DNA from: a virus
IMG/VR virus record: IMGVR_UViG_3300032298_001038
Span: 32,001-96,000 of that record
Strand: one strand, 5' to 3'
Length of the DNA stretch: 64,000 nucleotides
Shown: one piece after another, positions 55,104 to 64,000 of the stretch
Layout of the letters: every line of letters starts with the position of its first letter
Numbering within the stretch: the first letter of the stretch is position 1
Notes under the pieces: model-generated
Told to the model about the DNA's origin: nothing
Database searches by the model: none
The model's input: only the letters and a program-made list of their open reading frames with translations
Translations under genes and position numbers: made by a program

Positions 55104-55607
55104 TTACAAGTTTTCGTCAATGTCGTCGAGGAACAGCACGGCGATATCACTGGCGCGCCGGTATCCCTCGCGAATGCCTTTTTGATAGTCGTAGGTGCCG
55201 GGCGCCGCAGGCCGTTCCGTCAGGTCTGCAATTACCGCCAGACATGCCTTTATTTTATTGCGCAACTGTCGGTATTCAAAGGAATTGCGAATTAAATCTA
55301 CACTAACGCCGGCTACTGTCCGGTCAAGCCGGGCGAGAATTTCCGGCTTAAGCCCCATTTCCTGTAACAATTTAATGCAGTGGGCCAGACTGTTGTGGTC
55401 TGTAAAATTAGCGGGAGTATGCGGGACATATTTTTGCGCGAGGTCTAGCAGCAGAAAAGCCACGTTGCGCAGCGCAGAATTAACGGTCTTATTAGCCGGG
55501 CTGATGAGCAACTGGCGCTCGATTTGTTGCACTTCTTTGCGAGCAACAAATAACGAGTAATCACGTTCTTGATTTAATTGATCGTGATCTTGAGCGAGCA
55601 CGGGCAT
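55104..55607 (-). CDS. Helical hypothetical protein
   Basis: Start refined to MPVLAQ. Confidence 0.65.
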   Translation of the reverse strand: MPVLAQDHDQLNQERDYSLFVARKEVQQIERQLLISPANKTVNSALRNVAFLLLDLAQKYVPHTPANFTDHNSLAHCIKLLQEMGLKPEILARLDRTVAGVSVDLIRNSFEYRQLRNKIKACLAVIADLTERPAAPGTYDYQKGIREGYRRASDIAVLFLDDIDENL

Positions 55608-56238
55608 TTTTAGACTCCCTTCGGGGTTTGATACCGCGATCCTCCAGTGCAGATTCAACAATGGTGTAAATCTGGCGGTGCGTTACGTCCGGCGGCTGCG
55701 ACGCGTCAATGACTTCGGTCACTTCGGCGGTATACTGTCCGGCAAATTCGAGATAGGCTTCGCGCATGATCTTGCGATCTTCCATGCAGCGCCGCTCATA
55801 ACGATCCCGCGGCTTTCCCATGCGCTTCTTGGCTTTGGCCGGCGCAAGGTCAAGCAAAAAGCAAATGTCAGGAACGATGCAGTTTGAGAGTTCAAAGATA
55901 TCAAAAAGCACGTTTTCGGGCATGTCGTTCATGACGCCCTGATACACCAGCGTCGACAAGAACCAACGGTCGCAGATGATGACGGTTTGCTTTTTGATTT
56001 GTTTGGCTGCGTATGCCGACAACTCTGCGCGACCGGCTGAGAACAAAAGCATCTGCGCGAAGGGGGTAATCGGCCCGTCATTGTCGAGGAGCAACTGCCT
56101 GATAGCCGTGCCGATCTTGGTCGTGCCGGGATCAGCCACGAGTTCGACTTTGTAGCCAGCCGCAGCAAGAGATTGCTGAAGCATACGGGCCTGCGTGCTC
56201 TTGCCGGCACCGTCGATCCCTTCGAAGCAAATAAACAC
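55561..56238 (-). CDS. tmk: Thymidylate (dTMP) kinase
   Basis: FEGIDGAGKSTQ, ICDRW..S.LVYQG, IDASQP. Confidence 0.95.
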   Translation of the reverse strand: MFICFEGIDGAGKSTQARMLQQSLAAAGYKVELVADPGTTKIGTAIRQLLLDNDGPITPFAQMLLFSAGRAELSAYAAKQIKKQTVIICDRWFLSTLVYQGVMNDMPENVLFDIFELSNCIVPDICFLLDLAPAKAKKRMGKPRDRYERRCMEDRKIMREAYLEFAGQYTAEVTEVIDASQPPDVTHRQIYTIVESALEDRGIKPRRESKNARARSRSRSIKSRT

Positions 56239-56258
56239 AGAAAGTGTTCCTGAAGGAT

Positions 56259-56579
56259 TTAGCCAGTGATTCGAATAGAGGTGTCGGCTACCGGGCCAGA
56301 CGCGCGAATGTTTCCGCCCGCGGTTCCAGAAATCGCCATAGCCGGCTGGTTGAAAGTAGGTTCGTTGTTGTACGAAAACAGCAGGCGTTCAGTGCCGTCT
56401 TTGAATCGCAAAGCAATGCCGTTAGCCGTCGGCGACTGTGCAACCCCAATTGCGCCCTTCTCAACGAACCAGTTTTTAGCGTATGCGCAAAAATCTTGCA
56501 ATACTTTGCCCTTCGCCGCTTTGGGGTTTTGGGCAATGTAATCACTCAGCATCTGATCGAATATTTCGTTTTCTTGCAT
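56259..56579 (-). CDS. Hypothetical protein
   Basis: Start refined to MQENEI. Confidence 0.6.
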   Translation of the reverse strand: MQENEIFDQMLSDYIAQNPKAAKGKVLQDFCAYAKNWFVEKGAIGVAQSPTANGIALRFKDGTERLLFSYNNEPTFNQPAMAISGTAGGNIRASGPVADTSIRITG

Positions 56580-57315
56580 AACGCACTTCGGCTTTCTTTT
56601 CTTTAGGCTTAACAGGTTTCGCTTCTTTTTCACGCGCGGCGATAGATTCTTGCACCTTCTTCGTCAACTGCATAGCCGCTTTTTCAGCCTTGGCTTTTTG
56701 CCTGCACGCTTTGATTTTTTGGCTTACGTCAGACAATAGGTTGCGCGCGGCATGCACGTAAAGGCGCAGCATGTAGTACTTGTTCGCGGCGTGCACTGAC
56801 AGCAAGTCGCCGTCTAACTGAGCCAGCATTTTTTTAGATTTGGGCACGACCGCCATGCCAAGCAAATCTAAACCTTTGGCAAGTTCTTTTGCGGTACAGA
56901 TAATGTCAGCCACGGCAACAATCTGAGTTCCAACCGCGCTCTGGCTAAGCCGCCCGCGAAACTCCATATCGCGCTTTGTCTCTACCAAGCGGAAATCGCG
57001 GCTCAAGGCGGCTACCATCGCGGCAATCTGTACGTTGGCGATCTCGGCAATATGCTCGAAGGCGCAGGCGTGGACGTTCAAGACATCATGGAGCACACTA
57101 CAATGCACAATCGCGGCCACCGTGTCTTTGACGTTTTCAGGCACATAGTCCGCGCGCAGGTCTTGATACAGTTTTTGCGCAATGACTTCGGCCTGACTAG
57201 CGACTCGTTTGCAATGGGCTAATACGTCTTCGCCAGAGTTGGTCTGCCGCGCCTCGTAGCATTGTCGGGCAAATATCAATGTTTTTTCTAACGATAAGTC
57301 GTCGGCTTTTTTCAT
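56542..57315 (-). CDS. Degenerate HD-domain protein of the SpoT/Mesh1 (p)ppGpp-hydrolase-like family
   Basis: RQTNSGE.VLAHCKRVA, VLHDVL (ED missing), VAVADI; start refined to MKKADD. Confidence 0.65.
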   Translation of the reverse strand: MKKADDLSLEKTLIFARQCYEARQTNSGEDVLAHCKRVASQAEVIAQKLYQDLRADYVPENVKDTVAAIVHCSVLHDVLNVHACAFEHIAEIANVQIAAMVAALSRDFRLVETKRDMEFRGRLSQSAVGTQIVAVADIICTAKELAKGLDLLGMAVVPKSKKMLAQLDGDLLSVHAANKYYMLRLYVHAARNLLSDVSQKIKACRQKAKAEKAAMQLTKKVQESIAAREKEAKPVKPKEKKAEVRYARKRNIRSDAE

Positions 57316-57337
57316 GGGTGCCTCCGTGCACCGGATT

Positions 57338-58381
57338 TCATACAAGCCGCAAAACCGATTGCCAGCCCAGTTCAAACGATTTGCGGCGCGAGTTTAAGTT
57401 GTAATTGATTTTTTTGTTCATTGCGTCGATGTGTCGCGGTTCGGCGACAAGGGCTTGCAATGTTTCACCAAACAAGTCGTAATCAGCATTGGCGTGCGGA
57501 ACGCCGTTTTCGTCGTAGTCTATTTTTGTTTTTACTAGTACGCCATTTGCGTCTGGATACACAAAGTCTGTTTGCGGCGAAACTGCGAGCGTGACAACCG
57601 GCGTACCGCAGCAGATAGATGTCAGGCTACAAACACCGTAGTTATCGCACTCGGCCGGGAAGACAGTTAAATCGTGAGATGCGTAAAAACCAGCACGAGC
57701 AGGAATTGGAATGTTTCGCTTTAAAACGACGCGGCCGTCAGTTTTACGGCCAAGCCGCTGAAAAAACTTGGCGATAGACGGCGAAAACTTGCTAGACGAG
57801 ATCGCGACCGTGAGGTGAATTTCGTGCATGTGCGTCAGCAAGTATTCCAGTTGATCCAAAAAATAGTTTTGCGAGCAACGCGCGTTTCGATCGAACCACG
57901 GTAAAAATAGTTTTATCTTACGTGGGTTGACCGCCGTATCTTTCTTGGTCGGCGGTAAGCCGGCATCGAACGGAATCAGCGTTACGTTTCGAAACTTGTA
58001 AACGCCATGAAATAGTTCGCGGCACTCTGTCGACATGGCGATTAGGTGGTCTGCCTGTCGGGCCGCTTTGCGGAACGGCGGATTCAGTTCTTGCCACATG
58101 GGGGCAATCACTGTCGTAGCGCCGTGACGTTTCGCGATGTTAATTTGTTCAATCTTGGGAATATGCGTCCACACAACGACGTGATGTTTTTTCACCCAGT
58201 CGCTGTACCGTTGCTTGCTTTTGTAGACGACAACGTTATCGTAAGCGGTCTTGATCTTCGGCGGCTGATTGTCGCTATAAATAGAAAAATCTACGCCCTG
58301 ATTGCGCAGAAAATCAGCCAGACGCACTGCGAGATATGCCTGATCGCATTGTGCGTAATGCGTGTAGATGCCGACGCTCAT
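57338..58381 (-). CDS. Glycosyltransferase-like (GT-B) protein
   Basis: HDLTVFPAECDNYGVCSLTSICCGTPVV...DFVY..NGVLV. Confidence 0.7.
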   Translation of the reverse strand: MSVGIYTHYAQCDQAYLAVRLADFLRNQGVDFSIYSDNQPPKIKTAYDNVVVYKSKQRYSDWVKKHHVVVWTHIPKIEQINIAKRHGATTVIAPMWQELNPPFRKAARQADHLIAMSTECRELFHGVYKFRNVTLIPFDAGLPPTKKDTAVNPRKIKLFLPWFDRNARCSQNYFLDQLEYLLTHMHEIHLTVAISSSKFSPSIAKFFQRLGRKTDGRVVLKRNIPIPARAGFYASHDLTVFPAECDNYGVCSLTSICCGTPVVTLAVSPQTDFVYPDANGVLVKTKIDYDENGVPHANADYDLFGETLQALVAEPRHIDAMNKKINYNLNSRRKSFELGWQSVLRLV

Positions 58382-58383
58382 TG

Positions 58384-60318
58384 TTACCCGCCTGCGGGAG
58401 CCGGCTGTCCATATTGCTGCTGCATAACCATGGCGCCGCCTTGTGACCGGGCCTGCTGCCGGATGTCATCAATAATGCTAGTTACGAGCGCGTGCATGGT
58501 GTTGTCGCCGCGCTTGAGTTTGATAAGTTCCGAATCTTTCTGCGACTCGGGCATAGACAGCAACTGATTCGCGATGAGTTGCGCTTGTTGCTGGAGGTCT
58601 TCCGGTGTACGCGGAATGCTGCCAGAGTTTTGCCGCTGCATGAGGAACTGATCGACGGACGTGGGCTGGCCCGGGGCTGGCATTCCCGGCGGACCCGCCG
58701 GTGCTGCTGGTGCGCCGCCTTGCTGCGGCATACCGGTCGCACCGGCACCGGGCTGCCCTACGCCACCTATCATCTCGGCTTGCTGCGACAGGTCCTTCAT
58801 CTGCTGAGACTGTTCCATCTCCTTCTGCATGCGCTCTTGCTCTTCGGCGTAGATACGCTCTTCTTCCAACATCCGCTTTGTCTCTTCCTCGTAATCCAAG
58901 CCGACCGACTTAAGGCCCGTCGTCTTGCTGATCTGCTGGCCCTGCATGAGTTGTAGTTTCGCCATCTGCCGGTTGAGGTCGTCGGCGTGTGTAACGCGCA
59001 TTAACTTGGCGCCCACAGGCTCCCACGACATGATCTTGGCGATGTTGCCGGCGAGATCAGTCAGGAAGCGATTCATGTTATGCGGCAGATGGCTCCAGTT
59101 GGCTTCAAACAAACGAAGCGCGGCAGGAGCAGCCTGAAGTTGCAGTGTGCCGTTAAACAACTCAACCGGCATGCCAATGCACTTCAGCAGCGTTTCCAAA
59201 CCCTGATCCAAAAGTTCGCGCGGAGCCAATTGGCTGGCGTCACCGCCGAGCGCCTGATAGTTGACCGGAAACGGCAGCACGTTCCAGCGGGCTGGGTCCG
59301 TGCGGCGGGCACGGAGCATGGAGTTCACGCGGGCCGTGAAGTTCGAAAGATTGATCGTGTGGACGGGGTCACTCGATTGTGCGTCACCACCGCGGGGCGC
59401 CGGCGTGATTACGCGGAACGGAATCACGTAGTCGAGCGCGACGGCTTCGTTGTATCGATGCAGAATTTGGTAATACCACGCCTGCCGAAAATTCGTCAGC
59501 ACGCGAGAGATACCCCAACCGCGATTGCGCATGCCTGCCAGCGCGTCTTCCTTGAGATGGTAGATCACGCCTTTGTCGAACATCAGGTTCTGTTCATTCT
59601 TGATCGCTTGGATAACTTCCCAACTCGCGCGCTCAAGGTGATGCAAGTGGCCGTTCTTGATCAGCGTGCGGTAGTCCTGCGGAATCTTCCAAACGTACGA
59701 GCACTCGTTGCTGTAGGGGTCCCATAAGATATCTATTTCGTGCGGACTCCAACGCTTGACGTGCATCTGGTCCGAGTCGCCGCTACGGCGGTCGATGTGC
59801 TTCCATTCGCCGGTTACTTTGCACTTGGGGCACGTGGCGTGAAACTGAAAGTTCTGCCACTTGAAATCACACTGCGGGGAGTTGTGTACTTTGTCGAGCG
59901 GCATTTCGAGGCCGCAGCGCTTGCACGACAGATACCGGCGAAATGGCACCAGCAAACTCGTAAACGAGTTGCCATAGGCCATGTAATCCAAGCCGATGCT
60001 GTGCAGTGTATTTTTGATGCTTAGCGTGTCGTCGAGAAACACGCGGAACTTTTCCTTCTCTTCCCGGCCGGTCGTATTTTCACCAATGTCGTAAACTTCG
60101 ACGTCCGTGATGAAGTACGACACCACCCGGTCGATGGCTTGCCGGTAAGGGCCGTTGGCGTTCATGACGTACTCAGTCCAGCGCAAGGCTGTCTGAATAC
60201 TCTCGGGCATAGACAGGCTGGCAATATCGCAGAACGGGTCCGGGAACCGCTCATCAGCGGCTACGCCTTTGCCAAGCGAGTTGTAACCTAAATCTGCGGT
60301 AGGGGCAGTACTCACCAA
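58384..60318 (-). CDS. Putative portal protein with Zn-ribbon insertion
   Basis: 644 aa; YRQAIDRVVSY, LDYMAYGNSF (cf. portal YGNA), IYHLK, RGWGIS, IGMPVELF; CKRC/CPKC insert; Gln-rich tail. Confidence 0.55.
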   Translation of the reverse strand: MVSTAPTADLGYNSLGKGVAADERFPDPFCDIASLSMPESIQTALRWTEYVMNANGPYRQAIDRVVSYFITDVEVYDIGENTTGREEKEKFRVFLDDTLSIKNTLHSIGLDYMAYGNSFTSLLVPFRRYLSCKRCGLEMPLDKVHNSPQCDFKWQNFQFHATCPKCKVTGEWKHIDRRSGDSDQMHVKRWSPHEIDILWDPYSNECSYVWKIPQDYRTLIKNGHLHHLERASWEVIQAIKNEQNLMFDKGVIYHLKEDALAGMRNRGWGISRVLTNFRQAWYYQILHRYNEAVALDYVIPFRVITPAPRGGDAQSSDPVHTINLSNFTARVNSMLRARRTDPARWNVLPFPVNYQALGGDASQLAPRELLDQGLETLLKCIGMPVELFNGTLQLQAAPAALRLFEANWSHLPHNMNRFLTDLAGNIAKIMSWEPVGAKLMRVTHADDLNRQMAKLQLMQGQQISKTTGLKSVGLDYEEETKRMLEEERIYAEEQERMQKEMEQSQQMKDLSQQAEMIGGVGQPGAGATGMPQQGGAPAAPAGPPGMPAPGQPTSVDQFLMQRQNSGSIPRTPEDLQQQAQLIANQLLSMPESQKDSELIKLKRGDNTMHALVTSIIDDIRQQARSQGGAMVMQQQYGQPAPAGG

Positions 60319-60323
60319 ATCAC

Positions 60324-60485
60324 CTACTTTTGGTTGGTGTTATGTGCTGCTTCAGCCGCCCGCTTGCGAAAGTCATCGTCCAGTTCGGCGGCCGACGGCT
60401 TTTTGTTATTTATTTGAGCCGCCGTCTTTTCAGGCTCGTGTTCGGGCGGGGTAATACCGGCTTTAATAACGCCGTGCTTTTCCAT
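60324..60485 (-). CDS. 53-aa protein upstream of the putative portal
   Basis: Not in track; MEKHGVIKAG...EKTAA...RKRAAE...; fills the gap with 3-5 nt spacing. Confidence 0.7.
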   Translation of the reverse strand: MEKHGVIKAGITPPEHEPEKTAAQINNKKPSAAELDDDFRKRAAEAAHNTNQK

Positions 60486-60488
60486 AAG

Positions 60489-61424
60489 TTACAGCCCTGT
60501 TGACGTCACCGCGCGCTCGACCGTCAAAACACAATATTCGCGGCTGTCATAAACATACTGAAAACCGGTCGTATGCACAAGATAAAGCCGTTTGTCATCG
60601 CTGATTTGTGCGGCCCACGGGCGTTGATACGGATCATTAGCGGGCGGAAACCAGCGCGCAGCATTCTGGTCAAAACGCAAATCGTAAATTAACACAATAA
60701 ACCCGCTTTCTTCCAGCCCGTACTCGTCGGTAGCGGTCAGCGAGACGATAACGTCGTGGAAGAAGGCCGGAACAGTCCCGATACCCTCTTTTTCAAAGTA
60801 CACAAGTTTTTGCGGCGGACCGACACGTTGCGCGTGACCGATAGCGCCCGCAGCGTTTTGCGTCTGCGTCGGCGGTTTCTTTTTCAAGCCAAATGCGGCC
60901 ATCGGGCTGTAGTTGCGGTCAATTTTTTCTAGCGGCGGCCCGGGCGGAACAGGCGGAGGAGTGACGCCGCGAATCTCCTCTTCTAATTCGTTAACAATTT
61001 CAATCTCGTCAAAGTCTTCTTCTACCGGCGGCTGCGCAGGCGAGACGAGCGCGTTTGTTTTCTTCGCCGGTACGCGCTGAACGCCGGATTTTGCCATCTT
61101 TGCCATTTCTTCAAAAACCATTGCGGCACGCTCCCGTATCGAGTCAATATCGTCACCGACTATTATTTCATTGGCTTTCGCCATCGCCACGTTTAAACGA
61201 TCCGACGTAAACTCACTCAGCGCCACATCGCTAGTATTTTTGCCATTTGGGTCCACGATGTTTATACGCACTTTTGACATATCGTGAGGATCGTAGTTCA
61301 CCGGCGTGCCGCCCGCAGTGGCTTTACCGACAACTACGCCGCGCAGACCAGCCGGGCCACGGCGGATGTAGTCCGCCATTGTGCGCCCGTTTTCCATCTG
61401 GATTTCAGAAGGGTCTTTGTACAT
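60489..61424 (-). CDS. Hypothetical protein
   Basis: 311 aa. Confidence 0.75.
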   Translation of the reverse strand: MYKDPSEIQMENGRTMADYIRRGPAGLRGVVVGKATAGGTPVNYDPHDMSKVRINIVDPNGKNTSDVALSEFTSDRLNVAMAKANEIIVGDDIDSIRERAAMVFEEMAKMAKSGVQRVPAKKTNALVSPAQPPVEEDFDEIEIVNELEEEIRGVTPPPVPPGPPLEKIDRNYSPMAAFGLKKKPPTQTQNAAGAIGHAQRVGPPQKLVYFEKEGIGTVPAFFHDVIVSLTATDEYGLEESGFIVLIYDLRFDQNAARWFPPANDPYQRPWAAQISDDKRLYLVHTTGFQYVYDSREYCVLTVERAVTSTGL

Positions 61425-61438
61425 AGTCTCTGATATCT

Positions 61439-61474
61439 AAAAAAAAAGGGGCGCGCTGCGTAGCGCTAACCCCC
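61439..61474 (-). terminator. Possible terminator; T-tract runs into a TTTAGATATCA motif
   Basis: Imperfect GC hairpin followed by nine T on the minus strand. Confidence 0.5.
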
Positions 61475-61747
61475 AAAGTTTTCGGGGCGGAGTCCGTCAC
61501 ACACACTGTATAACAGACTTTTCTGAATCTGAAAATACAACCTGCCGAGTGGCACGCCGGCGCCGCACACTTCAGTGACGCGCTCCGGCGACGTAATTAC
61601 TTCGGCAAAAACTCCGCCAGACAACAGATGCGCTACCACTAAACCCGAATCGTCGTCTTCCGGAAAAACCGGCAAGATACGAGGATTTGCGTCGTAGTCG
61701 AGTAACCACGATAAAATTGGTTTTTCGGGTTTAAGGAAGTAGCGCAT
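61466..61747 (-). CDS. Hypothetical protein
   Basis: 93 aa. Confidence 0.7.
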   Translation of the reverse strand: MRYFLKPEKPILSWLLDYDANPRILPVFPEDDDSGLVVAHLLSGGVFAEVITSPERVTEVCGAGVPLGRLYFQIQKSLLYSVCDGLRPENFGG

Positions 61748-61752
61748 GGTTG

Positions 61753-62817
61753 TTATGCGATCTTGGCCGCAGGGAACGAGGGCTTGGTGTCGGGCGCCAC
61801 TGGCGCAGCAAACGGCCCAGAGTTGTTCGGCGGCGGCGACCAGTCCACGGGCGACAGCACAGTTCCGGCGTAATCTTCCGGCATGTCCTGCACCGTTTCG
61901 AGCGGAAACACCTGTAAGGCAGACAATCGACTGACGCGCACCGGTTGCGAAGGATTCTTCGCTGCCAGCAGCAGGTCATTAAAAGACGCCTCCCACTGAT
62001 ACTTTGGCGGAAGCGCTGCGCGCATCGCCGCTACGGCCGCGTCCGGTACCGCGACGACAGCCTCGTCAAACGGCAACGAAAACGTGCAGTGGTCGCGCTG
62101 GAAGAGCAACGCGTCAACAGCAGTTGCCCATTCAACCTCGACGCCGCCGAACTCCGCGCGGAATTCAGAGACAAGGTTGTCCAGTTCAGCCGTACCAACC
62201 GACATCGGGAACTCGATGCCGTGTCGCGCCAAAATCTTCGCGGCTGGATTGGGCCGTCTGACGGACACCTGACCCAAAGTCGCCGCCGGGTTTTCCAACT
62301 CAAAGCCAAGCACGCCAGAATAGTCTTCAGCGACAATCTTGCCGTGCTCATTGCGAACAACTTCCGGAAACCGAAACACCGACAGATTCTCGTGTACGCC
62401 AAACGACACGCGCTGCCCGTACGCGACAAGATTCGCGAGCAGTTCGTTTGCGCGGCGGGCAAGTACGACGTTGTTCGCCGGTAGCGTACGGCCGCCACCT
62501 CGCGGCGTGTAGGGCATCGTCAGGTCGTAACTAAAGATCGGCGTGTACACAAGCCGGTCGTTCTGCTGTCGGCTGATGGCGCCGGTGAAGTTCAACGACT
62601 CGCCTTCGAGCGTCAGCAGCGGGGGTCGGCGGCCGGTGATACGCCGCACAGGTTTGTCGAACGTCTGGTCGATGCCGGGCAGATACAACCCGGCAACAAC
62701 GCCGTCAAGATAGTGGGAAACGTTCTCCCACCGTTTCAGCAGTCGACGCTGCTGAGCGATTACCGCGGTCACCTTCTGGGCGGTTCCAGTATTCGTATTT
62801 TCTGCTGCAATTGTCAT
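61753..62817 (-). CDS. Hypothetical protein
   Basis: 354 aa. Confidence 0.75.
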   Translation of the reverse strand: MTIAAENTNTGTAQKVTAVIAQQRRLLKRWENVSHYLDGVVAGLYLPGIDQTFDKPVRRITGRRPPLLTLEGESLNFTGAISRQQNDRLVYTPIFSYDLTMPYTPRGGGRTLPANNVVLARRANELLANLVAYGQRVSFGVHENLSVFRFPEVVRNEHGKIVAEDYSGVLGFELENPAATLGQVSVRRPNPAAKILARHGIEFPMSVGTAELDNLVSEFRAEFGGVEVEWATAVDALLFQRDHCTFSLPFDEAVVAVPDAAVAAMRAALPPKYQWEASFNDLLLAAKNPSQPVRVSRLSALQVFPLETVQDMPEDYAGTVLSPVDWSPPPNNSGPFAAPVAPDTKPSFPAAKIA

Positions 62818-62826
62818 GGGCGTCCT

Positions 62827-63066
62827 TTACAGGCTTCGGACTACATCGCGGCGACGTACGCCAGCGTCATAATAAGTGTTCTGTTTTTCTACTTCCCATT
62901 CTTGTGGAGTGACGACAATTGGTGGTCGCGAGTAGAACACCAATAGAATTTTGTCGTCCCCAATCTTTCGCTGGCGCTTGACCGCGCTACCACGAAAAGT
63001 AACAACACGCATGTGACCCTCTTTACTAGCACGCCCTAGAAAATGGGGGTGCTGTAAATATGCCAC
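62827..63066 (-). CDS. Small hypothetical protein
   Basis: 79-aa track ORF; true start probably MRVVTF downstream of the promoter. Confidence 0.6.
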   Translation of the reverse strand: MAYLQHPHFLGRASKEGHMRVVTFRGSAVKRQRKIGDDKILLVFYSRPPIVVTPQEWEVEKQNTYYDAGVRRRDVVRSL

Positions 63067-63085
63067 GTTTTTGCGAAAAATTTAG
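63058..63085 (-). promoter_or_regulatory. Phage promoter CTAAAT-N16-GCATAT
   Basis: Exact motif; the -35 overlaps the upstream stop codon. Confidence 0.68.
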
Positions 63086-63495
63086 TTGTCTGGATCGGGC
63101 AGCGCGCTGTCGAAAATGTTGATCGTTTCGCCGTCTTCGTCGGAGAAAAACTCATCCGGAGAGACACCCGACTTTTGCGGTGACGGGGCGTTCAGTTGCG
63201 GCGGGTCTTCAAGGTGTGTTGGGTCGACGCCGAGGTAGCCGGTGTCGTCTGGTTCGATCTCCTGCGCCGTGTCGAAGAGCGGGATGTTGCCAGTCGGCGT
63301 CATCAGGTGGCGCATCGGGGGTTTTGATATGTTTAACCGCTTACCTTGGTAGCAGGCTACGGATACGTCGTGATTGATGAGCGCTTTCAGGCGGGCGGCA
63401 AGTTCTTCAGCAGTGTTGAACACTTCTGCGGCAAAAGAACCGTCGGCCTGAAGGACGACGACGTGAAACAAGTCTGTGTTGTTTTCTTCAGTCAT
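63082..63495 (-). CDS. Acidic hypothetical protein
   Basis: Start refined to MTEENN. Confidence 0.68.
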   Translation of the reverse strand: MTEENNTDLFHVVVLQADGSFAAEVFNTAEELAARLKALINHDVSVACYQGKRLNISKPPMRHLMTPTGNIPLFDTAQEIEPDDTGYLGVDPTHLEDPPQLNAPSPQKSGVSPDEFFSDEDGETINIFDSALPDPDN

Positions 63496-63496
63496 G

Positions 63497-63919
63497 TTAC
63501 TCGCACACGATGAGGGGGTCGTTGCCGTCAAACGGACTGAGAATTCCGTTTTGCTGCAAGAAGTTTAAAGCGGCTTGTTCGTTCGGTACGGGTACGTGGC
63601 GCACAACTGGCGGGCCGGCCATGCGTTTCTCCAGCATGGCAATGAATCGATTTGAAATGATACCGAACACCTTTACTTGCAGTATCTCGTTAAACCGCGA
63701 CGTGGGGTCCGGAATAGAGATATCGTAAGCAAAGGTGCTCGCGAAATATCCGCTGCGCGATTCAGAAAACGCAATGCCAGATAAAAAGGCAAAGCATTCT
63801 TCTTCGCGCTGCTGGGCGATGCCGTACAACCTCTTGTCCCAGTTCACCGGGCGCTGGCGGCCGGGGAGCGCGTGCTGCCCAAGACCAGAAAAGAACACTT
63901 CGTTAGTGTCAGGTTTCAA
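63497..63919 (-). CDS. Hypothetical protein
   Basis: 140 aa. Confidence 0.68.
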   Translation of the reverse strand: MKPDTNEVFFSGLGQHALPGRQRPVNWDKRLYGIAQQREEECFAFLSGIAFSESRSGYFASTFAYDISIPDPTSRFNEILQVKVFGIISNRFIAMLEKRMAGPPVVRHVPVPNEQAALNFLQQNGILSPFDGNDPLIVCE

Positions 63920-64000
63920 GTCAATGCAGAACGGCCGCAGATCAGCGGACTCGGCCGGGAAGCGCGCGTCGAACTCAATTATGGGGTCTCGATCAAAGCG

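Noticed and set aside
12014-63728. Numerous long plus-strand ORFs (e.g. 24489..25547, 50024..51052, 51455..53614)
   Set aside because: Antisense shadows of GC-rich or repetitive minus-strand genes; no RBS or motifs.
1-64000. Alternative genetic code (stop-codon reassignment)
   Set aside because: Long, tightly packed ORFs under code 11 end in TAA, TAG and TGA, and no suppressor tRNA was found; only the single local readthrough candidate at 49254 is noted.

Overview
A 64-kb segment of a large tailed (jumbo-type) bacteriophage genome in the standard genetic code, with essentially every gene on the minus strand. It has four blocks. (i) 1-26.8 kb: putative virion/internal head proteins carrying recurrent K-x-A motifs, interleaved with auxiliary genes (actin-like ATPase, dCMP deaminase, ferritin-like, glycosyltransferase, AlkB-like, SNF2 fusion, trypsin-like protease, PhoH) and tRNA-Asn. 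(ii) 27-31 kb: single-gene cassettes, most with their own CTAAAT-N16-GCATAT promoter, structured leader and hairpin. (iii) 31-43 kb: small accessory genes, tmRNA and six more tRNAs (including Ile-UAU). This block also holds the most notable element: a stand-alone Cas7/RAMP-like gene plus a 161-aa partner gene, followed by a ~720-bp array of 13 units of NN-GGY pentamers and a terminator (VIPR-like RNA-guided system; no CRISPR array or other cas genes in the window). (iv) 43-64 kb: thymidine and dTMP kinases, tail fibre genes, sulfotransferase, thioredoxin and a putative portal. Two unannotated structured RNA candidates (4415-4646; tRNA-like 35089-35243) were also found. Family assignments are from motif recognition by eye; no database searches were run.
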